From Psychrobacter cryohalolentis K5 (GTDB lineage: Bacteria; Pseudomonadota; Gammaproteobacteria; Pseudomonadales; Moraxellaceae), in NCBI RefSeq assembly GCF_000013905.1, contig NC_007969.1, forward strand, positions 1,680,001 through 1,712,000: a DNA stretch of 32,000 bases, read 5' to 3'. Under the pieces are notes generated by a model that ran no database searches, had not been told where the DNA came from, and saw only the letters and a program-made list of their open reading frames with translations. Shown here one piece after another: positions 1-7,344 of this stretch; position 1 is the first letter of the stretch; every line of letters begins with the position of its first letter. Position numbers and translations under genes: made by a program.

Positions 1-2
1 AG

Positions 3-191
3 TTTGAATCTCGAGGCAATATGATTGATAACGTCAATGAGGCTTATCCAAAATCGGATGTGGTAGATTTTCATTATAAAGGGACAGCTGAATATGATGG
101 TATGGATTGGCGTGGTATGCGCTTAGTGTTTGATGACTATCAAGGGAAACGCTACTTGATTGGTATCGTCAGCGATAGATGGACGGTGTAA
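3..191 (+). CDS. 3-prime end of an unidentified CDS (start lies upstream of the window)
   Basis: Open frame from the window edge reads ...YKGTAEYDGMDWRGMRLVFDDYQGKRYLIGIVSDRWTV, then TAA at 189-191. A hairpin plus T-run follows. No family recognised. Confidence 0.45.
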   Translation, partial: FESRGNMIDNVNEAYPKSDVVDFHYKGTAEYDGMDWRGMRLVFDDYQGKRYLIGIVSDRWTV

Positions 192-237
192 TAAAAAGAT
201 TAAGCGTTTGATTCATTAGAAGTATTTTATGATATTA

Positions 238-273
238 GGGCAATGCATCGTTTATGATGCACCGCCCTTTTTG
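238..273 (+). terminator. Rho-independent terminator of the upstream + strand gene
   Basis: GGGC/GCCC and TGCATC/GATGCA stem segments (238-267) followed by TTTTT (268-272). Confidence 0.6.
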
Positions 274-317
274 TTTGCTTCAACTATTATATATTTACTT
301 TTTGATATACATAAATC

Positions 318-1073
318 TTACGGTCTTGGCTCAAGTGGCGTTTGCCGAAAAAACTTCACCATTATCTCGTAAATATCAGGATAAGCATCAATCAGCTTTT
401 GCGGCGTTTCAAAGAACACTTCGCTGAGCACCGCAAAAAATTCCGCAGGATTGGTCGCGCCATAGCGATCGAGACCTGATTTATGATGACTTTGAAAATT
501 TTCAAAGTCGCGGCTCATAATTTCAGTCCAGCGCGCAGGATCCATATCCGGTTGTAGCGGCGGAAAGCCATTAGCGCGACCATTTAGCATATCAAGTTTA
601 TGCACAAACTCATGAATGACGACATTATGACCATCGCGCTCGCCTGAGTGTTTGGCGTCCTTCCATGACAGAATAACAGGACCACGCAGCCACGCTTCGC
701 CGCTACGGTGCTGACTGCCCTCATGGACGATACCCAATTCATCTACGGTGGTGGTTTCGCTTTTGTAAGAACCCGGATAAATAATAATGGCCGACCAGCC
801 AGCGTACCATTCAAGGCTTAGCTTTAAAATAGGCAGACAAGCTTGCAAGGCGATAGATTGCTTGACCGCATCGGTAATCTCGAAACCCTGCGCGCCAGTA
901 ATCGACTTATCCGCTAAAAACAACGTCGCCAGCTCAAACAAGCGTGTTAGCTCATCTTCGTTCAACCTATCAAGTATCACAATCCGCTTGGCCGCTTGCA
1001 TCCAGTCAGCATGGGTAAACTCGCTGTTGTCCAATATGCGCTGCTCGCGCCAGTCTTTTATCATGCTAAACAT
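318..1073 (-). CDS. mtfA: MtfA-like zinc metallopeptidase (peptidase family M90, Mlc titration factor A homologue)
   Basis: 251-aa ORF with HEFVH (HExxH) zinc motif and NPAEFFAVLSEVFF. Collinear by eye with E. coli MtfA/YeeI. AGGA lies 8 nt upstream of the ATG. Confidence 0.85.
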   Translation of the reverse strand: MFSMIKDWREQRILDNSEFTHADWMQAAKRIVILDRLNEDELTRLFELATLFLADKSITGAQGFEITDAVKQSIALQACLPILKLSLEWYAGWSAIIIYPGSYKSETTTVDELGIVHEGSQHRSGEAWLRGPVILSWKDAKHSGERDGHNVVIHEFVHKLDMLNGRANGFPPLQPDMDPARWTEIMSRDFENFQSHHKSGLDRYGATNPAEFFAVLSEVFFETPQKLIDAYPDIYEIMVKFFRQTPLEPRP

Positions 1074-1170
1074 ATTGAAGTTCCTTTAATTTTGTCGTTA
1101 GAATGTGCTTTTTATTGTTGGCGTTATGTGTTTTTAAGGGGTTAAGTGATGCTGACAATAAGCCTATTTA

Positions 1171-2181
1171 TCAAGATTCTAATGACAGCATATTCATAAT
1201 CAATTTAATCAAGGTTTCTTTTTGGTTGGGGTCAGACTCGGCAACCAACAAGGTTAATGCGGCAAGCCCGGTGTTATTAATAACCATGTCACCTTTATCA
1301 TTGAGCAGTCGATTATTCCGATGCAGAAAATCTACAAACAAAAAAGCGCCGCTGCGTTTATTACCATCGGTAAAAGGATGGTTTTTGACCATAAAGTACA
1401 GTAAATGCGCCGCTTTACTCTCGATGGTCGGGTATGCAGGCTCGCCAAACACCGTCTGCTCTAAATTACCCAGTACACTGTCCAAACCATCACCACGAGG
1501 TTTGGCGAATAATTCAGTCGCCTCGCCCCTTGCTATCAGCTGCGCTTTCAAATCCGTCAGCGCTGCCATTGCCTCAGTCGGACTGGGTAAGATGCCGCCC
1601 TCTTGCCCTGCGGGATTATCAAGCAAACCTTCATCATAGCGCTGTAACCATAAGAATGTCTGTGTATAACGACTGATAATTTCAACCAAACCGCGTCCTT
1701 CATCGGTTTTAAGCTCGGGACTTTGCGCAGTCTTTTTGATTAAATTTAATGCTTGTTGTAGCTCGCTTGAGTTTTTATCAAAGCGCTCTTGGTTGAGCGT
1801 ATAGCCTTGGACCAAGTATTCACGTAAGCGCTGGGTTGCCCATATACGGAACTGAGTACCTTTTTTGGAATTAACCCGATAACCCACAGAAATAATAGCA
1901 TCTAGATTGTAAAAGCGAATGTTACGTCGAACCTGTCGATTTCCCTCTTGACGAACTACCGAGGATTGCTCGGTAGTTGCTTCTAGGTCTAACTCACCTT
2001 CTTTATAAATATTCTTTAGATGCAATCCTATGGTATCAGAGTCTTTTTCAAACAGCGTCGCCAATTGGGCTTGCGAGAGCCATAGAGTATCGTGCTCTAA
2101 ACGTATCTCTATCTGCGCCTTTCCATCGGCGCTTTCATAAATCTCTACTTTTGCTGTTTTAGCATTCGTAGCATCAGTCAT
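1171..2181 (-). CDS. RhuM-family N-terminal domain fused to a Doc-type Fic (Fido) domain
   Basis: 336-aa ORF. The N-terminal half carries the RhuM/COG3943 signature YNLDAIISVGYRVNSKKGTQFRIWATQRLREYLVQGY. The C-terminal half carries the Fido core HPFTDGNKRSGA. AGGA lies 9 nt upstream of the ATG. Confidence 0.85.
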   Translation of the reverse strand: MTDATNAKTAKVEIYESADGKAQIEIRLEHDTLWLSQAQLATLFEKDSDTIGLHLKNIYKEGELDLEATTEQSSVVRQEGNRQVRRNIRFYNLDAIISVGYRVNSKKGTQFRIWATQRLREYLVQGYTLNQERFDKNSSELQQALNLIKKTAQSPELKTDEGRGLVEIISRYTQTFLWLQRYDEGLLDNPAGQEGGILPSPTEAMAALTDLKAQLIARGEATELFAKPRGDGLDSVLGNLEQTVFGEPAYPTIESKAAHLLYFMVKNHPFTDGNKRSGAFLFVDFLHRNNRLLNDKGDMVINNTGLAALTLLVAESDPNQKETLIKLIMNMLSLES

Positions 2182-2266
2182 CTTGGTTTTTCCTTAACTT
2201 AATATACGCGCTTATGCTCAATTCATAAATCATACAGCGACTACGTGACAGAGTACATAACAATGA

Positions 2267-2683
2267 CTATCCTGTACTTGGAGTATCTCGCGGCGTATAA
2301 CCGAAATGCTGCTTATAAATGCTTGCAAAGTAACCTTGGTCACCATAACCGACTCTATGCGCCACTTCATCGATGGTTACGTAACTTTTGGTTTTTAAAA
2401 TATGATTGGCCTGCTTTAAACGCAATTATTTTACCCATTCCGAAAAACTATAGGGCAACTCAACAAACAGCTTATGCAAGTATCTGACCGATATATGACA
2501 AGCAGCAGCGACCATCGCTGGGGTTAAAGCGGGGTTTTCTAGGTGCAGATGGACGTAATGCTTGATGCGCTTTAGATGCACCGACTGTATGGAGGATCTG
2601 GTACTCATCATCACCTCTTTCGGGGCGCTCAATGTCAATACAATAAGGTTAAGCAGCTGTTGCTCTAGGATTTTAACCTTCAA
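2267..2683 (-). pseudogene. AraC/XylS-family regulator remnant (C-terminal HTH region only, interrupted by an in-frame TAA)
   Basis: The frame reads ...IKHYVHLHLENPALTPAMVAAACHISVRYLHKLFVELPYSFSEWVK, TAA (2426-2428), then LRLKQANHILKTKSYVTIDEVAHRVGYGDQGYFASIYKQHFGYTPRD..., TAG at 2267-2269. Both AraC HTH halves are present. The N-terminal sensing domain is absent and there is only a TTG pseudo-start. Confidence 0.7.
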
Positions 2684-2883
2684 TGAATGGGAATGTCTTG
2701 CCCTTGCAAAATCATCTCAGGCAAATGATCAAACAGCGCATTACTGTAGTCATGGGCTAAGTTGAAGACACTAGAGCGGGCGGTTTTTTCTAAGGTGGTT
2801 GTCATCTCACGCTGCGCCGTTTCTAGGGCGCCACGTACGACAGACAAGGTAATAGGATCTATAGAAGGGTGAGCGTTGCTCAT
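2680..2883 (-). pseudogene. Hydantoinase B/oxoprolinase (HyuB-type) N-terminal fragment, 67 codons
   Basis: MSNAHPSIDPITLSVVRGALETAQREMTTTLEKTARSSVFNLAHDYSNALFD...IPIH matches the conserved N-terminus of HyuB/5-oxoprolinase B proteins, which are normally over 500 aa. It stops at the junction with the AraC remnant. Confidence 0.65.
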
Positions 2884-3060
2884 GAAAGACTCTTTGTCGA
2901 GAAATTTGGGTCAGAATAAGCGCATTTATATAAGAGAAATAAAAGAATATACCGGTCTATATGACCATTTATCCTTACCCTTCAGCGCGCGCTTTATCTG
3001 GCTTATCATCTATCCTAATGATCAAGCTTTTTCACTATAGCGAGGTTTTGGCAAAATAGA

Positions 3061-3099
3061 TTGACTGTGCGTGCAGAGTTTTTGACTGTGAGTGTACAG
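3061..3099. repeat. Two phased direct repeats TTGACTGTG(C/A)GTG..CAG, 21-bp period
   Basis: TTGACTGTG occurs at 3061-3069 and 3082-3090 with similar following bases, about 180-215 bp upstream of the hyuB fragment. Confidence 0.4.
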
Positions 3100-3160
3100 C
3101 TGTAGCTATAAGCAGCCTGTTTTCATCTTTATCATAGTGGGATATAAAGCGTTCAGAATA

Positions 3161-3201
3161 AAAAAAGAGCAATGCCTCATATGTGATGCACTGCTCTTTT
3201 T
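3161..3201 (-). terminator. Bidirectional-looking Rho-independent terminator downstream of the EamA-type gene
   Basis: 9-bp stem GAGCA(A)TGC / GCA(C)TGCTC with one mismatch and a 12-nt loop. It is flanked by A6 (3161-3166, a U-run on the minus-strand RNA) and T5 (3197-3201). Confidence 0.6.
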
Positions 3202-3245
3202 GTCTATTCTTACTAACCCTATAAGAAGCTATAAGTTATTTACTA

Positions 3246-4202
3246 CTATGCGTGCGCAGACTTCCCGCCTAGGCCCATCTTCACATTTGCCAATATCAAT
3301 CCAGATAAGATGAGCATCATCGCTAGCATCTTCCACCACGTCACCACCTCTCCTGTGAACAGCACTGAGGTCGCCATACCGAATATGGGCACCAGTAGAG
3401 CAAAGGGCATAACCTTGGAGGCGATATTTTGACTAAGCAAATGCGCCCATAGTCCAAAGCCGATCAGGGTTGAGACATAGACGATAAATCCAAGCGATAA
3501 CCAAGATTGGAAGGATGCCTCAGTAAATGTGGCGAGATGCCATGCTTCGGTTTCGAATAGTAGAGAAGATAACGTCAAAATCACACAGGCGATCAGACCG
3601 CCCCATACCACTAGTGATAGCGCAGACAGTGCCGATGTCTTATTTGAAGCTTTGTTGTTTCTATTGCTATTGACAGGCAAGGCAGTAGCAATATTACTAG
3701 CGCTTTGCTGTGTTGAGGCTTGTTTTGAAGCAATATTGCCAAAGCTCCAACCTATGGCTGCAATCAATATGCAGATAAAGCCAACCAAGGGCATATCACC
3801 ACCAAGGTTAAGCGCAATGACACCCAAACCTAGTACACCGACCATCATACCGATAATCTGCATGCGACTCACAGACTCACCTAATATGATATACGCCAGC
3901 AAGACGGTAATAAAAATTTGAACTTGCAACAACAGCGCCGTCAACCATGCCGATGCACCCAAATGCATGGCGGTGAATACAAAGGCATACTGCATAACAA
4001 ACGTACCAATAGCATAGATAAATAGCGTACGGTTGAATTTGGGCGGTTTAAGGAACAAAACCAACGGCACAGCAGTAAAGAAAAAACGTAGCGCGGTTAA
4101 CATCAGTGGCGGAAAGCTTTCGAGCGCCCATGCAATAAAGGTAAAGTTTACACCCCAAATAAAGGCAACCAATACAGCTAGAGCGACGTGTAGAAGGGTC
4201 AT
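3246..4202 (-). CDS. EamA/DMT-family exporter, YdeD(EamA)-like
   Basis: 318-aa polytopic protein. Its N-terminus IWGVNFTFIAWALESFPPLMLTALRF is collinear with E. coli EamA VWGLNFVVIKVGLHNMPPLMLAGLRF. It has a polar Asn/Ser-rich insertion in the central loop. Confidence 0.85.
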   Translation of the reverse strand: MTLLHVALAVLVAFIWGVNFTFIAWALESFPPLMLTALRFFFTAVPLVLFLKPPKFNRTLFIYAIGTFVMQYAFVFTAMHLGASAWLTALLLQVQIFITVLLAYIILGESVSRMQIIGMMVGVLGLGVIALNLGGDMPLVGFICILIAAIGWSFGNIASKQASTQQSASNIATALPVNSNRNNKASNKTSALSALSLVVWGGLIACVILTLSSLLFETEAWHLATFTEASFQSWLSLGFIVYVSTLIGFGLWAHLLSQNIASKVMPFALLVPIFGMATSVLFTGEVVTWWKMLAMMLILSGLILANVKMGLGGKSAHA

Positions 4203-4385
4203 AGGCTTTATCCTAGAATAGCTATTATTAGTTCTGAGTTGTTATTAATGTTTGAATCTTAAGAATCAACTATAGTTTAAATGCCCATAACAGACCCGAT
4301 ACAGTTTTACTAATGGCGAACAAAGTGTATAGTTACTCTTAACGTTACAATTAATCATGACATTGAAGAGATAAGCACATTCATT

Positions 4386-5810
4386 ATGGTCGAAACCTAT
4401 ACGCTCAATCCAAATTTAACCAAGACTGCCGCCGTCGCTGAATGGTTACAGCAGCGTATTGACTGGCAGATTTACCTGCCCAATCAGCGTGTGCCCTCGG
4501 TGCGAAAGTTAGCGAAACTATTAAATATATCAAGCTTTACGGTGGTACAAGCTTATGAGCAATTGGTAGCTACCAGTGTGCTAATCGCTAAGCCCAGCTC
4601 GGGCTACTATGTCAATACGCAAGCAAAAGTAGTTCAGCCAAATAATGATAAAAGAGTGGTCGTTAAGCACCCAAAGCACCCAGTAATAGACACGCGCTGG
4701 CTGGTACAGCAGGTCTTTAATGATATTCCGCATCATCGCTCGCCAGGGGTGGGAACATTACCGAGAGACTGGATACGTAATGATAAGATGGAATGGGCCA
4801 TACGGCAGGTCACTCAGCAAGCCGATAGCTTTATCTATGATTATGGCAATGTTCACGGCTATCTGCCGCTACGTCAGCAGCTGGTTCAACACCTACATAC
4901 GCTAGGCATGCAAACTAATGCTGACCATGTGATTACTACCGCAGGAGTGTCGCAAGCCGTGACCATGGTGGCGCGGCTGCTTACTCAAGCTGGGGATACG
5001 GTGGTCGTTGATGGGCCGGGCTGGTATTGGCTATCAAGCTGTCTGCAACAACAAGGATTAAACGTCGTCTCTGTAGAACGTGACCATCAAGGGCCTAATA
5101 TTGAGCAGATGCAAAAGCTGTTTGCGACGCATCGTCCCAAGCTCTATTTGACCAATAGCGTGCTGCATAATCCGACCTCTTGTAACCTGCATCCTGCTCG
5201 CGCGCACCAAGTACTCAATCTTATTCATGAGTACGATGCTTATATTTTTGAGGACGATTTATACGCTGCATTCGTACCGGGTGGTCAAGTGCTGCGTTAT
5301 GCTAGCCTTGATCAGTTTGAACGGGTGTTTTATGCGACTGGGTTTTCAAAGTCAATGGCGTCAGGCTGGCGCGTTGGCATGTTGGTCTGTCCTGATAACT
5401 ATATCGATGATGTATTACGTATGAAAACCTTGAGTAATTCAAACACACCAGAATTTGGTGAACGGGTTTGTCATCATTTATGGACGCATGGTGAGTATCG
5501 CCGGCAGATTAAAAAAGTGCAGCAGCATTTATATAGCGCTCATGAAAGAATGCGCCAAGTATTACCAAGGATAGGACTTATCTACCCTGAGCATACACAA
5601 GCAGGTCTCTTTGTTTGGGTAGACACGGGGCAGGATACCAGCCAGCTGGCACTAGATGCCTATAAAGCAGGCTGGCTGGTCGCACCGGGGCAATTATTTT
5701 ATCCCGATGCCCGCACCTCAACCCATCTGCGCCTAAATGTATCAACAACAAGCGATGAGTTTTTGCAGTGGTTAGGTGATTATTTGCATAAATGCGGTCA
5801 ATACGGATAA
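4386..5810 (+). CDS. MocR-family regulator (GntR-type wHTH fused to a fold-type I aminotransferase-like domain)
   Basis: 474 aa. The N-terminal PSVRKLAKLLNISSFTVVQAYEQL is a GntR HTH. The C-terminal domain has the PLP-lysine context YATGFSKSMASGWRVGMLV. It is divergent from the DMT exporter gene. Confidence 0.9.
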   Translation: MVETYTLNPNLTKTAAVAEWLQQRIDWQIYLPNQRVPSVRKLAKLLNISSFTVVQAYEQLVATSVLIAKPSSGYYVNTQAKVVQPNNDKRVVVKHPKHPVIDTRWLVQQVFNDIPHHRSPGVGTLPRDWIRNDKMEWAIRQVTQQADSFIYDYGNVHGYLPLRQQLVQHLHTLGMQTNADHVITTAGVSQAVTMVARLLTQAGDTVVVDGPGWYWLSSCLQQQGLNVVSVERDHQGPNIEQMQKLFATHRPKLYLTNSVLHNPTSCNLHPARAHQVLNLIHEYDAYIFEDDLYAAFVPGGQVLRYASLDQFERVFYATGFSKSMASGWRVGMLVCPDNYIDDVLRMKTLSNSNTPEFGERVCHHLWTHGEYRRQIKKVQQHLYSAHERMRQVLPRIGLIYPEHTQAGLFVWVDTGQDTSQLALDAYKAGWLVAPGQLFYPDARTSTHLRLNVSTTSDEFLQWLGDYLHKCGQYG

Positions 5811-5818
5811 AAATGCTA

Positions 5819-7081
5819 TCACCCCACCACCAGTCGCATCATCTGCGTACTGATATAACCGCCAAAAGTGCCCACAGCATAACCTAAAATACCCAAAAAC
5901 ACGCCAACCGGTGCTAGTGACGGGTGAAATGCCGTCGCGACAATCGGTGCCGATGACGCGCCGCCGGTATTGGCGTTGGAGCCGACCGCCAAAAAGAAAA
6001 ACGGCGCACGAATCATTCTAGCGACCGCAAAAATAATCACGACGTGAATGCTCATCCACAATAGACCAATGAGTAGCAAACGCCACTGCGAGACAATACC
6101 GGCAAGATTGATTTGCATACCGATAGCGGCAATCAAAACAAAGATAAATACCGTCCCGATTTTTGAGGCGCCAACATGATCAAGGCGGCGAATTTTGGTA
6201 AAGGAGAAAATCACCCCTATTAAGGTGATAATCACCACCATCCAAAAGAATGAGCTGGCAAAGCTATACTGTACCGCCCAACTGTAAGGGGCAAAGAAGC
6301 CTGCTATTTGACCGCCTACGAAATGCGCCACCCCAACCATGGCGAAACACAAGCCAAACATCACCATCAAATCATTTAAAGTGGCTGGGCGCGCATTGTC
6401 ACGCTCATAGCTCTCAACGGCTTTGACAACCTTATCAATGCTACTGCTATCTGCCCGTAAAAACTTGTCAATCTTCTCACTGTGTTTTGCCATGACTAAG
6501 ATGGCCAATAACCATAATGAAGCATTGGTGGTATCGACCAAAATCATCATCCCAAATAAATCATCACTGACGCCAAATAGCTCCTTCATCGCTGCTTGGT
6601 TAGCAGCTCCTCCTATCCAACTACCAGCAACCGCTGAAAAGCCGCGCCATAGCGTGTCATCGGTAAACATCTCAGGCGACACCCATTTAGCGATACCTAA
6701 GCTAATAGGACCACTAATGACAATAGCGATACTAGCAGCGAAGAACATCGCAATCGCTTTCCAGCCTAGACCCAATATCTTCGGTACATCCATCGACAAG
6801 GTCATTAAAAGCAAACTGGCTGGCAACAGATAGGTAGCAGTAAAACCATAAATCTGCGAGCCAATACCGTCAGCGAAGACACCTAGACTATTTAGCGTCG
6901 CAGGGATAAAACAGCACAGTACGATACCCGGTAGCACCGCATAAAACCGTTGCCAAAACTTACCAGGCAATGCTTGGGTATAAAATACCAAACCAATAAT
7001 CGCCATAATGATGCCAAACGCTAATGGCAAGCTTTCAATAGCTAAATAAGAAATATCCGGCATCAACTGGCTCCACAGCAC
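5819..7081 (-). CDS. Polytopic membrane protein, DUF819-like
   Basis: 420-aa hydrophobic ORF with GSWIGGAANQAAM and GSNANTGGASSAPIVA motifs that I associate with DUF819 (YjcL-like) proteins. The ORF has a GTG start at 7081, with an alternative ATG at 7063. Confidence 0.6.
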   Translation of the reverse strand: MLWSQLMPDISYLAIESLPLAFGIIMAIIGLVFYTQALPGKFWQRFYAVLPGIVLCCFIPATLNSLGVFADGIGSQIYGFTATYLLPASLLLMTLSMDVPKILGLGWKAIAMFFAASIAIVISGPISLGIAKWVSPEMFTDDTLWRGFSAVAGSWIGGAANQAAMKELFGVSDDLFGMMILVDTTNASLWLLAILVMAKHSEKIDKFLRADSSSIDKVVKAVESYERDNARPATLNDLMVMFGLCFAMVGVAHFVGGQIAGFFAPYSWAVQYSFASSFFWMVVIITLIGVIFSFTKIRRLDHVGASKIGTVFIFVLIAAIGMQINLAGIVSQWRLLLIGLLWMSIHVVIIFAVARMIRAPFFFLAVGSNANTGGASSAPIVATAFHPSLAPVGVFLGILGYAVGTFGGYISTQMMRLVVG

Positions 7082-7247
7082 ACGATGAATAAAAGTTTGT
7101 CAGTATAGACAAGGCAAAAAAAACGCGCAAGTAGCTATCGAGTACAAAGCTTAATTTTAAAAGCTTTGAATAAGCCAGAGTTTTTAAATAGCTGCATATA
7201 CTTGGGTCATATCTCTACGTGGTGGTTAATATCAAACTATTGGACAC

Positions 7248-7281
7248 AAAAAAGCCAGATAACAAGTATCCGGCTTTTTTT
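7248..7281 (-). terminator. Rho-independent terminator of the helicase gene
   Basis: 9-bp stem AGCCAGATA/TATCCGGCT. The single mismatch on the plus strand becomes a G-U pair on the minus-strand RNA. It has a 5-nt loop and is flanked by an A-run and a T-run. Confidence 0.7.
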
Positions 7282-7344
7282 GCAATATCTTTAGACAATT
7301 AAGGCATGATTATCAAAAATCATTAATCGTTTAAAATAAGGCTA

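Noticed and set aside
1103-2162. Plus-strand ORFs (1103-1639, 1434-1676, 1977-2162) antisense to the RhuM-Doc gene, considered as possible antitoxin genes
   Set aside because: They lie entirely within and opposite the Doc-fusion CDS. They have no SD, a Ser/Leu-rich composition typical of antisense frames, and no resemblance to Phd/YefM or other antitoxins.
2426-2428. Possibility that the in-frame TAA in the AraC gene is read through or recoded
   Set aside because: TAA is the least leaky stop codon. The gene has also lost its N-terminal domain and start codon, so decay is the simpler explanation.
2245-2487. 80-aa plus-strand ORF
   Set aside because: The opposite strand translates into a clear AraC HTH (VAHRVGYGDQGYFASIYKQHFGYTPRD), so this ORF is the antisense shadow of the pseudogene.
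3092-3313. 73-aa plus-strand ORF between the hyuB fragment and the EamA-type gene
   Set aside because: It runs through the terminator hairpin and into the antisense of the exporter gene. It has no SD and an unconvincing composition.
3529-6833. Plus-strand ORFs inside the membrane-protein genes (3529-3921, 4033-4221, 6423-6833). The same pattern occurs at 17333-17605, 18178-18474, 19764-20223, 20744-20944 and 23405-23693
   Set aside because: All are antisense to strongly supported CDSs with recognisable homologues. No independent signals support them.
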